The notes under the pieces were generated by a model. It saw only the letters and a program-made list of their open reading frames with translations. It searched no databases and was not told where the DNA came from. Shown in pieces: positions 40,601-53,500 of a stretch of DNA of 64,000 nucleotides (positions within the stretch are counted from its first letter, which is position 1; each line of letters opens with the position of its first letter). The stretch spans positions 20,283,045 to 20,347,044 of the forward strand of contig NC_092680.1 of NCBI RefSeq assembly GCF_964355755.1, given 5' to 3'. The stretch comes from Antedon mediterranea (Eukaryota; Animalia; Echinodermata). A program made the translations under genes and the position numbers.

Positions 40601-43600
40601 AAGAATTTGTATCAAATGGGTTAAAAAATATACTATAAAAATGTATTTCTTATTTTATTTTAAAAATCATGTGTCTCCTCTCCTTAATTGCCTAAGTCAC
40701 ACAGCTGACTTAGGCAGAAACACAAAAAAATATAGTATATTGATATAAGCAGTGAGTTAGGCAGAAAAAAAACCCAAAAATTATAACTTAGACACTTTTG
40801 TTATGAGGCTGTCGATATCATCTATATACAAAAAATGCTACCTTTAAGTAACAAAATTTAATAGAATTAGCTCTTCAGATTAAAATTAACACTGATGATT
40901 TTAGAAAAGGAAAGTAGCAATAAAAGAGAAAGAATTTGTAACAAATGGGTTAAAAAATATACTATAAAAATGTATTTCTTATTTTATTTAAAAAATCAAC
41001 AGTCTCCTCTCCTTAATTGCCTAAGTCACTCAGCTGACTTAGGCAGAAACACAAAAAAACGATCTGGGCATGTGCAAATGCATATAAAAGCACTCAGATA
41101 ATGTACAGAGGGCAGTATAATGATATAAGCAGTGACTTAGGCAGATCATAAATCAGCTCTCCTTAATTGCCTAAGTCACACAGCTGACTTAGGCGGAAAC
41201 ACAAAAAATATAGTATATTGATATAAGCAGTGAGTTAGGCAGAAAAACAAAACACAAATTATGACTTAGACACTTTTGTTATGAGGCTGTCGATATCATC
41301 TATATTCAAAAAATGCTACCTTTAAGTAACAAAATTTAATAGCATCAGCTCTTCAGATTAAAATTAACACTGATGATTTTAGAAAAGGAAAGTAGCAATA
41401 AAAGAGAAAGAATTTGTAACAAATGGGTTAAAAAATATACTATAAAAATGTATTTCTTATTTTATTTAAAAAATCACGAGTCTCCTCTCCTTAATTGCCT
41501 AAGTCACACAGATGACTTAGGCAGAAACACAAAAAACGATCTGAGCATGTGCAAATGCATATAAAAGCACTCAGATAATGTACAGAGGGCAGTATAATGA
41601 TATAAGCAGTGACTTAGGCAGATCATAACTCAGCTCTCCTTAATTGCCTAAGTCACACAGCTGACATAGGCAGAAACACAAAAAATATAGTATATTGATA
41701 TAAGCAGTGAGATAGGCAGGAAAAAAAAAAAATTATGACTTAGACACTTTTGTTATGAGGCTGTCGATATCATCTATATACAAAAAATGCTACCTTTAAG
41801 TAACAAAATTTAATAGCATCAGCTCTTCAGATTAAAATTAACACTGAAGGTTTTAGAAAAGGAAAGTAGCAATAAAAGCGAAAGAATTTGTATCAAATGG
41901 GTTAAAAAATATACTATAAAAATTTATTTCTTATTTTATTTTAAAAATCATGTGTCTCCTCTCCTTAATTGCCTAAGTCACACAGCTGACTTAGGCAGAA
42001 ACACAAAAAATATAGTATATTGATATAAGCAGTGAGTTAGGCAGAAAAAAAACCAAAAATTATAACTTAGACACTTTTGTTATGAGGCTGTCGATATCAT
42101 CTATATACAAAAAATGCTACCTTTAAGTAACAAAATGTACTAGAATTAGCTCTTCAGATTAAAATTAACACTGATGATTTTAGAAAAGGAAAGTAGCAAT
42201 AAAAGAGAAAGAATTTGTAACAAATGGGTTAAAAAATATACTATAAAAATGTATTTCTTATTTTATTTAAAAAATCACGAGTCTCCTCTCCTTAATTGCC
42301 TAAGTCACACAGCTGACTTAGGCAGAAACACAAAAAACGATCTGAGCATGTCCAAATGCATATAAAAGCACTCAGATAATGTACAGAGGGCAGTATAATG
42401 ATATAAGCAGTGACTTAGGCAGATCATAACTCAGCTCTTCTTAATTGCCTAAGTCACACAGCTGACTTAGGCAGAAACACAAAAAATATAGTATATTGAT
42501 ATAAGCAGTGAGTTAGGCAGGAAAAAAAAACAAAAATTATGACTTAGACACTTTTGTTATGAGGCGGTCGATATCATCTATATACAAAAAATGCTACCTT
42601 TAAGTAACAAAATTTAATAGCCTCAGGTCTTCAGATTAAAATTAACACTGAAGGTTTTAGAAAAGGAAAGTAGCAATAAAAGCGAAAGAATTTGTATCAA
42701 ATGGGTTAAAAAATATACTATAAAAATGTATTTCTTATTTTATTTTAAAAATCATGTGTCTCCTCTCCTTAATTGCCTAAGTCACACAGCTGACTTAGGC
42801 AGAAACACAAAAAATATAGTATATTGATATAAGCAGTGAGTTAGGCAGAAAAAAAAACCAAAAATTATAACTTAGACACTTTTGTTATGAGGCTGTCGAT
42901 ATCATCTATATACAAAAAATGCTACCTTTAAGTAACAAAATTTAATAGAATTAGCTCTTCAGATTAAAATTAACACTGATGATTTTAGAAAAGGAAAGTA
43001 GCAATAAAAGAGAAAGAATTTGTAACAAATGGGTTAAAAAATATACTATAAAAATGTATTTCTTATTTTATTTAAAAAATCACCAGTCTCCTCTCCTTAA
43101 TTGCCTAAGTCACTCAGCTGACTTAGGCAGAAACACAAAAAAACGATCTGGGCATGTGCAAATGCATATAAAAGCACTCAGATAATGTACAGAGGGCAGT
43201 ATAATGATATAAGCAGTGACTTAGGCAGATCATAAATCAGCTCTCCTTAATTGCCTAAGTCACACAGCTGACTTAGGCAGAAACACAAAAAATATAGTAT
43301 ATTGATATAAGCAGTGAGTTAGGCAGAAAAACAAAACACAAATTATGACTTAGACACTTTTGTTATGAGGCTGTCGATATCATCTATATTCAAAAAATGC
43401 TACCTTTAAGTAACAAAATTTAATAGCATCAGCTCTTCAGAATAAAATTAACACTGATGAATTTAGAAAAGGAAAGTAGCAATAAAAGAGAAAGAATTTG
43501 TAACAAATGGCTTAAAAAACATACTATAAAAATGTATTTCTTATTTTATTTTTAAAATCATCAGTCTCCTCTCCTTAATTGCCTAAGTCACACAGCTGAC

Positions 43601-46600
43601 TTAGGCAGAAACACAAACAACGATCTGAGCATGTGCAAATGTATATAAAAGCACTCAGATAATGTACATAGGGCAGTATAATGATATAAGCAGTGAGTTA
43701 GGCAGATCATAAGTCAGCTCTCCTTAATTGCCTAAGTCACACAGCTGACTTAGGCAGAAACACAAAAAATATAGTATATTGATATAAGCAGTGAGTTAGG
43801 CAGATCATAAGTAAGCTCTCCTTAATTGCCTAAGTCACACAGCTGACATAGGCAGAAACACAAAAAATATAGTATATTGATATAAGCAGTGAGTTAGGCA
43901 GGAAAAAAACCCAAAAATTATGACTTAGACACTTTTGTTATGAGGCTGTCGATATCATCTATATACAAAAAATGCTACCTTTAAGTAACACAATTTAATA
44001 GCATCAGCTCTTCAGATTAAAATTAACACTGAAGGTTTTAGAAAAGGAAAGTAGCAATAAAAGCGAAAGAATTTGTAACAAATGGGTTAAAAAATATACT
44101 ATAAAAATGTATTTCTTATTTTGTTTTAAAAATCATGAGTCTCCTCTACTTAATTGCCTAAGTCACACAGCTGACTTAGGCAGAAACACAAAAAACGATC
44201 TGAGCATGTGCAAATGCATATAAAAGCACTCAGATAATGTACAGAGGGCAGTATAATGATATAAGCAGTGACTTAGGCAGATCATAACTCAGCTCTCCTT
44301 AATTGCCTAAGTCACACAGCTGACTTAGGCAGAAACACAAAAAATATAGTATATTGATATAAGCAGTGAGTTAGGCAGGAAAAAAAACCAAAAATTATGA
44401 CTTAGACACTTTTGTTATGAGGCTGTCGATATCATCTATATACAAAAAATGCTACCTTTAAGTAACAAAATTTAATAGCATCAGCTCTTCAGATTAAAAT
44501 TAACACTGAAGGTTTTAGAAAAGGAAAGTAGCAATAAAGCGAAAGAATTTGTATCAAATGGGTTAAAAAATATACTATAAAAATTTATTCATTATTTTAT
44601 TTTAAAAATCATGAGTCTCCTCTCCTTAATGGCCTAAGTCACACAGCTGACTTAGGCAGAAACACAAAAAAATATAGTATATTGATATAAGCAGTGAGTT
44701 AGGCAGAAAAAAAAACAAAAATTATAACTTAGACACTTTTGTTATGAGGCTGTCGATATCTTCTATATTCAAAAAATGCTACCTTTAAGTTACAAAATTT
44801 AATAGCATCAGCTCTTCAGAATAAAATTAACACTGATGAATTTAGAAAAGGAAAGTAGCAATAAAAGAGAAAGAATTTGTAACAAATGGCTTAAAAAACA
44901 TACTATAAAAATGTATTTCTTATTTTATTTTTAAAATCATCAGTCTCCTCTCCTTAATTGCCTAAGTCACACAGCTGACTTAGGCTGAAACACAAACAAC
45001 GATCTGAGCATGTGCAAATGTATATAAAAGCACTCAGATAATGTACATAGGGCAGTATAATGATATAAGCAGTGAGTTAGGCAGATCATAAGTCAGCTCT
45101 CCTTAATTGCCTAAGTCACACAGCTGACTTAGGCAGAAACACAAAAAATATAGTATATTGATATAAGCAGTGAGTTAGGCAGATCATAAGTCAGCTCTCC
45201 TTAATTGCCTAAGTCACACAGCTGACATAGGCAGAAACACAAAAAATATAGTATATTGATATAAGCAGTGAGTTAGGCAGGAAAAAACCCAAAAATTATG
45301 ACTTAGACACTTTTGTTATGAGGCTGTCGATATCATCTATATACAAAAAATGCTTCCTTTAAGTAACAAAATTTAATAGCATCAGCTCTTCAGATTAAAA
45401 TTAACACTGAAGGTTTTAGAAAAGGAAAGTAGCAATAAAGCGAAAGAATTTGTATCAAATGGGTTAAAAAATATACTATAAAAATTTATTCATTATTTTA
45501 TTTTAAAAATCATGAGTCTCCTCTCCTTAATGGCCTAAGTCACACAGCTGACTAAGGCAGAAACACAAAAAAATATAGTATATTGATATAAGCAGTGAGT
45601 TAGGCAGAAAAAAAAACAAAAATTATAACTTAGACACTTTTGTTATGAGGCTGTCGATATCATCTATATACAAAAAATGCTACCTTTAAGTAACAAAATT
45701 TAATAGAATTAGCTCTTCAGATTAAAATTAACACTGATGATTTTAGAAAAGGAAAGTAGCAATAAAAGAGAAAGAATTTGTAACAAATGGGTTAAAAAAT
45801 ATACTATAAAAATGTATTTCTTATTTTATTTAAAAAATCACGAGTCTCTTCTTCTTAATTGCCTAAGTCACACAGCTGACTTAGGCAGAAACACAAACCA
45901 CGATCTGAGCATGTGCAAATGTATATAAAAGCACTCAGATAATGTACATAGGGCAGTATAATGTTATAAGCAGTGAGTTAGGCAGATCATAAGTCAGCTC
46001 TCCTTAATTGCCTAAGTCACACAGCTGACTTAGGCAGAAACACAAAAAATATTGTATATTGGTATAAGCAGTGAGTTAGGCAGATCATAAGTCAGCTCTC
46101 CTTAATTGCCTAAGTCACACAGCTGACTTAGGCAGAAACACAAAAAATATAGTATATTGATATAAGCAGTGAGTTAGGCAGAAAAACAAAACACAAATTA
46201 TGACTTAGACACTTTTGTTATGAGGCTGTCGATATCATCTATATTCAAAAAATGCTACCTTTAAGTAACAAAATTTAATAGCATCAGCTCTTCAGAATAA
46301 AATTAACACTGATGAATTTAGAAAAGGAAAGTAGCAATAAAAGAGAAAGAATTTGTAACAAATGGCTTAAAAAATATACTATAAAAATGTATTTCTTATT
46401 TTATTTTTAAAATCATCAGTCTCCTCTCCTTAATTGCCTAAGTCACACAGCTGACTTAGGCAGAAACACAAACAACGATCTGAGCATGTGCAAATGTATA
46501 TAAAAGCACTCAGATAATGTACATAGGGCAGTATAATGATATAAGCAGTGAGTTAGGCAGATCATAAGTCAGCTCTCCTTAATTGCCTAAGTCACACAGC

Positions 46601-48160
46601 TGACTTAGGCAGAAACACAAAAATATAGTATATTGATATAAGCAGTGAATTAGGCAGATCATAAGTCAGCTCTCCTTAATTGCCTAAGTCACACAGCTGA
46701 CTTAGGCAGAAACACAAAAAATATAGTATATTGATATAAGCAGTGAGTTAGGCAGATCATAAGTAAGCTCTCCTTAATTGCCTAAGTCACACAGCTGACA
46801 TAGGCAGAAACACAAAAAATATAGTATATTGATATAAGCAGTGAGTTAGGCAGGAAAAAAACCCAAAAATTATGACTTAGACACTTTTGTTATGAGGCTG
46901 TCGATATCATCTATATACAAAAAATGCTACCTTTAAGTAACAAAATTTAATAGCATCAGCTCTTCAGATTAAAATTAACACTGAAGGTTTTAGAAAAGGA
47001 AAGTAGCAATAAAAGCGAAAGAATTTGTAACAAATGGGTTAAAAAATATACTATAAAAATGTATTTCTTATTTTATTTTAAAAATCATGAGTCTCCTTTC
47101 CTTAATTGCCTAAGTCACACAGCTGACTTAGGCAGAAACACAAAAAACGATCTGAGCATGTACAAATGTATATAAAAGCACTCAGATAATGTACAGAGGG
47201 CAGTATAATGATATAAGCAGTGAGTTAGGTAGATCATAAGTCAGCTCTCCTTAATTGCCTAAGTCACACAGCTGACTTAGGCAGAAACACAAAAAATATA
47301 GTATATTGATATAAGCAGTGAGTTAGGCAGAAAAACAAAACAAAAATTAAGACTTATACACTTTTGTTATGAGGCTGTCGATATCATCTATATCCAAAAA
47401 ATTCTACCTTTAAGTAACAAAATTTAATAGCATCAGCTCTTCAGATTAAAATTAACACTGATGGATTTAGAAAAGGAAAGTAGCAATAAAAGAGAAAGAA
47501 TTTGTAACAAATGGGTTAAAAAATATACTATAAAAATGTATTTCTTATTTTATTTTAAAAATCATCAGTCTCCTCTCCTTAATTGCCTAAGTCACACAGC
47601 TGACTTAGGCAGAAACACAAACAACGATCTGAGCATGTGCAAATGTATATAAAAGCACAGTGAGTTAGGCAAATCATAAGTCAGCTCTCCTTAATTGCCT
47701 AAGTCACACAGCTGACTCAGGCAGAAACATAAAAAAATATAGTATATTGATATAAGCAGTGAGTTAGGCAGATCATAAGTCAGCTCTCCTTAATTGCCTA
47801 AGTCACGCAACTGACTTTGGCAGAAACACAAAAAAATATAGTATATTTATATAAGCAGTGAGTTAGGCAGAAAAAAAAACAAAAATTATAACTTAGACAC
47901 TTTTGTTATGAGGCTGTCGATATCATCTATATACAAAAAATGCTACCTTTAAGTAACAAAATTTAATAGAATTAGCTCTTCAGATTAAAATTAACACTGA
48001 TGATTTTAGAAAAGGAAAGTAGCAATAAAAGAGAAAGAATTTGTAAATGGGTTAAAAAATATACTATAAAAATGTATTTCTTATTTTATTTTAAAAATCA
48101 TCAGTCTCCTCTTCTTAATTGCCTAAGTCACACAGGTGACTTAGGCAGAAACACAAAAAA
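34664..48160 (+). repeat. ~13.5 kb complex tandem array (satellite): ~29 variable-length units of ~329/476/575/672 bp with ~60 copies of a palindromic core
   Basis: Core CTCTCCTTAAT-TGCCTAAGTCA-CACAGC-TGACTTAGGCA-GAAACACAAAAAA alternates with a few fixed linkers. The recurring 63-68 aa ORFs in the track mark unit starts. Confidence 0.97.
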
Positions 48161-48299
48161 GACCGAATGGGTAGTGTTCTCTCTCGGTTTAGGTGAACTG
48201 AATGCTTAAAAATATTGACGCGCGCTGCCATTAGGCGTCGATGTAATGTTATGGTTTAAGCGTTTTGTATTATAGCATGCCTAACAATGATTCGCGCTG

Positions 48300-49133
48300 G
48301 ATTCAACGATTAGTAGAGGGATTTTGTCAAAAAATTGCCAATTTTCGACATTTTTATTTTTCGACATAATTGGGTTCTATGGTCCTATAAGATGATCATA
48401 AAGCAATATATGATCATATACAGCAATAAAAACGGATAATAATTGAATTTTAAAAACTTGAAATTTTTGCCATTTTTCTAAAAAAATCCTGTACTATAGT
48501 ACAGGGAATTTTTTCCAAAAATGGCCAATTTTCAACCTTTTATTTTTTGGCATAACTGGGTTCTATGATCATATACAGCAATAAAAACGCATAATAATTG
48601 AATTTTAAAAACTTGATATTTCGACCTTTTATTTTTCGGCATAACTGGGTTCTATGATCAATATATGATCATATACAGCAATAAAAACGCATAATATTTT
48701 AAAAACTTGAAATTTTTGCCATTTTTCTAAAAAATCCCTGTACTATTATAGTACGGGGAGTTTGTCGACGTACGCACGTAATTGTATTGCCATATGATGA
48801 TTTATGCCCTGAAATTTATGAGTACCAAATTTTATTTAATTGTGATTCATGGTTGTGAAGATATGATTACAAACGTGATTTCGTTAAATCGATCGTGCGT
48901 AGACCGCGTAATTTTTTATTGCGCACCGTGAAAACATAACCACATCGATTCCTGGCCATAAGGAATATACTGTGAAAAATTGAATTAGCTAGATTAAACT
49001 GATATCAAGATATGGTCAGAAAGCGATAAATCGCATAGTGATACCGGACCGACAGACAGACCGACAGACAGACCGACAGACAGACCGACCGACCGACACA
49101 GTGAACTATAGAGTCGCGTCCACGCGACTAAAA
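48300..49133 (-). mobile_element. Long Helentron-associated element (HINE-like), 5' end at ~49133, with internal tandem sub-repeats
   Basis: The minus strand starts TTTTAGTCGCGTGGACGCGACTCTATAGTTCACT followed by a (GTCG/GTCT)n tract, matching the short HINE copies. Two to three internal repeats at 48330-48760. The 3' end was not located. Confidence 0.6.
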
Positions 49134-49192
49134 ATGAGAGTAACCCAAAGTGTTAATACAACTGATCACAAATCACAAGCCAACGTATTACT

Positions 49193-49543
49193 GTTTTCGC
49201 TTACCTTCCCACTTCTTATAAATAGTATGTAGGCCTATTTATGATCGAACTTCAAATGGTAATGCATGTATTCATTTATTCAATATTTCATTAATTTCCT
49301 TTATTTCGGATGGTACATCCATATAAAAGCAATAAGAGAAAACAGTTCACCAGGAAATTAACAATAGCATCTTCCACAAAAACCAATTTGCACCAACGCT
49401 GATGCTCTGGTTGGATTGTGGAACTATGGTTTATCATGGGTTTATGTTTTCTGTTTATGAATTCTATTCTTAAAACTATGAATGATATAATATTCATCAA
49501 ATAAGGCAACGTAGTTCGTATCAAACATCATGTTTGCGCTATA
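49193..49543 (+). repeat. Right copy of the ~340 bp direct repeat bracketing the array
   Basis: Colinear with 34183-34516. Confidence 0.85.
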
Positions 49544-50581
49544 ACAAGGTATCGTCAGTAGATGTAACCAGTTATTAAATGAGTTCACAGTACCTTCACT
49601 GAAATTACCAATTCTCCATAGTATACACGCAATACATTTTCAATAAATGACGCTTCCAATACTGTACATACGTGATAAAGTTGTTTCTTACGGAGCGCCG
49701 TTTTGGACATTGCAATTTAATGTTAGTAATTCTTTTCCACTTCCAGATAATATTTAAAGAACCACACATAGAAATTGGTGGTGTATCTGACTTCAGTGTG
49801 CGAAAGAGGGCTGATTAAAGTTGTGATCATAAATGAATAATGGGGTAACATTAGTGACAGTTAGATATACGTAGAAAGTCAACACTATAACGCTACTCTC
49901 GTTGAAAAAGTGCAGATATTTAATACTATAAAACTCAAAAAACAACTTATTACATTTTTTTTTAGTATTTAAACCTACTTAATAATAAACTAAAATAACA
50001 AATTTGTTTACAGTAAATGTTGTGATATTCGCGTTTCATAAATTTGCTACAAGACCACACACCAGTGACCGTGTTCATTATATATGTTTATTTATACATT
50101 TATTTTTTCTTTCAAAATTATTCAGTTTATTACCGCCAGTACATATGAATTCTTTCCACAACAAAGAAAGAAATAATTTTATCCGTCCCAAAAATGTTTG
50201 CCTTTTCTTCATGATGATACAATAGCCGATGCATTTTATTATTTATTTATTTATTTTATGCCCGTAGGCTATGTGGTCAAGGATTAACAATAGTAAATTA
50301 ATCACTGTCCTATCAGATAGGTGGTAATGTACTAAATTGGGCATAGTTACAACTGAACAAAATAATTAATAATCTAAATACATATTTACACACAATGACT
50401 GGGTCAAAATTCTAACTACAATAAATATAACAATGGGCCAGATTAGGAGATGCAAATTGGCCTACAGTATAATATTATTTAGTTGATTATGGTAATACTG
50501 GATGGCCATAATAGGCCATTATAGAGTATTGTATAGCATTTAAGAGACTCTTCTCACTCGAAAGTGGCTCTATTTCATGTA

Positions 50582-53500
50582 CTACATATATTCCATATTT
50601 GTCGCACTTACACCGATTGAGTAAGAAGGATCTTCTGATATTTGTTGATTCTGTTTAAAATGCTGCAAGTTTGAGTTTGTTTTTGACTTTGGTGGTGGTG
50701 AGCGGAAACCATACCTTATTGATCTACCTACACGCGATTTCGACAATATTTTCTTTACATCTTTGTTTAAAACTAAAAATAATATGAAGATAACTATACC
50801 CTGTAGGCCATTAAAAATGGTAAACAAGTAATTGAACGCAATAGAACCATCGTAATCTAAAGAAAAGAAAGCCAGACACCAACTTAGGCCAGACAGAATG
50901 AAGATGGTAAAAACGTGACGTGTAAGTCGATGCAGTTTGTTTGACTTATTTGACGTTGCCTTTCCACTGGTATAGAGTGTATGTATTATACGTATGAATA
51001 GCACAACGTTGACGAATAAAATCAGTGAAACTGGAGCCACAAGGGCCGTGTAAAAAGTAACTTCAGATAGTTTAAAACATCTGGAAAAAAATATTATCTC
51101 AAATGTCATAACATGATAGTGATAAAACATAATTTTATATAGAATACATTTATAGAAGTCAAAAAGGAATTCAAAAATCTTAGTGAGAAATCAAATTGCA
51201 GTCAAAGGACAATACAATCCTGTCCACCATAGAGGAAATATCGTCATGTAACAAAACAAGAGGTGGTGGTGATGTAATCGGGATTCCAGACGGAGTTTTC
51301 ATTTAATATTAGTAAAAAGATAAATATTTTGGCACATATGGCGTTTCATACATATACTACTTGAGCTGAAACAGGCCCGATTTCAGGTAGGGATCAACAT
51401 CGAAAAGCCTCGTAATAATTACAGACTTGGAGCAAGTCTAGTAATGATGATGATAATAAAACTTACTGGTGTATTTTGCTGCATTCCGTTTTGAAAGAAT
51501 ATACAGCCCCAAAAGTCACTGGTACCAGCGGCAACACTGATAATGAAAAAAAATAGTTTGAATGTCAAATTAAATAAGGATATTGTTGCATTAAATGCGA
51601 TGAATGACTTGAAATTCCAGAATGAGAACCTTATTTTCAGAAAGTACAGTTGAGGGCGCTATCCTTACAAATTTCACCGCTTCTTTGAAAAAAGATTTTA
51701 ACAAAACTAAATAAAACATTACTTACAAAAGCAAACAGATGCAACTTTCTTTACAAACATCACATTATTTTGGTCGAATTTAGTTTTCGGTACAACATTT
51801 AAATACAGAGTAAAAACTTCACCTCCCATCCACATTACTGAGGACAGAAGAAAGTAGTGAACAGCGACCCCTATCGCCTTGCATAATTCTTTCGATTTAG
51901 GCGGATAGTTACTGGCAATGTAGATGACGTCAAAAGCAGCGAGAGAGAAGTATAAACCAATCAGGACTTTGTATTGAACTCTTTGACGAATTTTTCTGAA
52001 AATAATTTCAAATATTATTTATAAGAAATTCCAAAACAAAGAAAACAAAATGCTGTATGTTGTATGTTGGATGTTGATTCAACTGTTTTTATTTTGTTAT
52101 ATATGCATCATAACATAAAAATGGACTTACTTGTTACTAAGGTACACTAACATAATAACGATCAAGAGAATAGCAGAAAGGCTAAACAATCCAATTGACA
52201 AAAAGTGTAAGACAAGTGTATGTTCTCGTCCGATGTTTTCTCGTACCGGATCCTGTAATGATAAAATTGTAACAGAATATAAAATAGGGAAAAGTGAAAG
52301 ATGTTGACCTATTTAATCATACAAATATTCAGAAAGTATAGGGAAAGTGTATGCTCTCGTCAGATACGGTAGGCTACTTGCACCTGGATCCTGTAATGAT
52401 ACAAAAGTTATACAATACGAATAACACTACTAAGGCTTATACAAAACCAAAGAAAATAGAAAATGTGTTTATTTCATTTTAATTCACTAAAGCAACTATA
52501 CAATGGGCCTAATGATGACAATGTTTATTCTATATGACAGAGTAGATGCACATTAACACATTAATTTAGCTTTATTGAATACAATACTCAATGAAAATGA
52601 CTTACCAATAAAAGAGCAACGTGTCCGAATCTGTTGCAGGAACAGGAGAATTGTCCGTTGCCATTGTCATTGGTTTCACAACCATTCCTTAACACGTTGG
52701 AAAGGGCTTCTGTATATGAGCAACGTGCTTTAAAATCTTTGCATTCTCCTTCCATCTTTCAGATAAAAATGTGATAATTAGTTAATGATTTAAAACATAT
52801 TGTGACTCTCAATGTCAAAGGTTGTTCAAAAGAACCAGAATGTTACTACTGTACACAACATTAAGCGTTAAATGTTTAAAAGATAATTATAGATATTTTG
52901 CCAATAGATATCAAACAGAAGATGGCATTCTTTAGATTTTAAAATGTAAACCTGCCCACAAGATCATGTTTAAACATTCTGAGTTACACAAAGTTTTCTT
53001 TCGTGGGGGAAGCAAAATTAAAAACCAATGAGAAAAGTAGTGTTAAAGAATTAAAATCGTTACTATGGCTTTTCATCAACTACCATGTAATTATACGGAC
53101 GGAGTAAATTGAGAAGGCAATTGTATTACCGTGACATTTTGAAAGTTATATGTGAGGTTACTGTTGAACTCTTTTTCTGGGTTGGTCACCTCCTCTTTCA
53201 CTCTCACCACCTCCCGCCAGACTACTGTCTCATCTTGACCATTTGCTGATCCCTCATCAATGAAGAACAGACCAGATCTATGGAACACTACGAAGCTTAT
53301 CTGAGTCATTGCTGTAACATGTAAAAATAGACACATTACTTCATAAAAAACAATATAGTATTCAATTAAGCACTATTGTATTAATCATAAATAAAACTAT
53401 GACTAAATATGTACTTAGGAATTAAAGGGAGTTTTCGAATTGTATTATCTAAACAAAAAGAAAAATAGTGGGGAAGGGGTGGGGGGGGGGGTTTCGAAGA

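Noticed and set aside
34664-48160. CRISPR array (palindromic repeat with spacers)
   Set aside because: The linkers are a small reused set of long AT-rich sequences rather than unique ~30-40 bp spacers, there are no cas genes, and the context is spliced eukaryotic genes.
35533-48209. Thirteen near-identical 63-69 aa ORFs (MILEKESSNKRER...) as a tandem peptide gene family
   Set aside because: They are by-products of the satellite A module. Many units lack the ATG (CTGAAGG variant) or are frameshifted at A-runs, and there is no recognisable domain.
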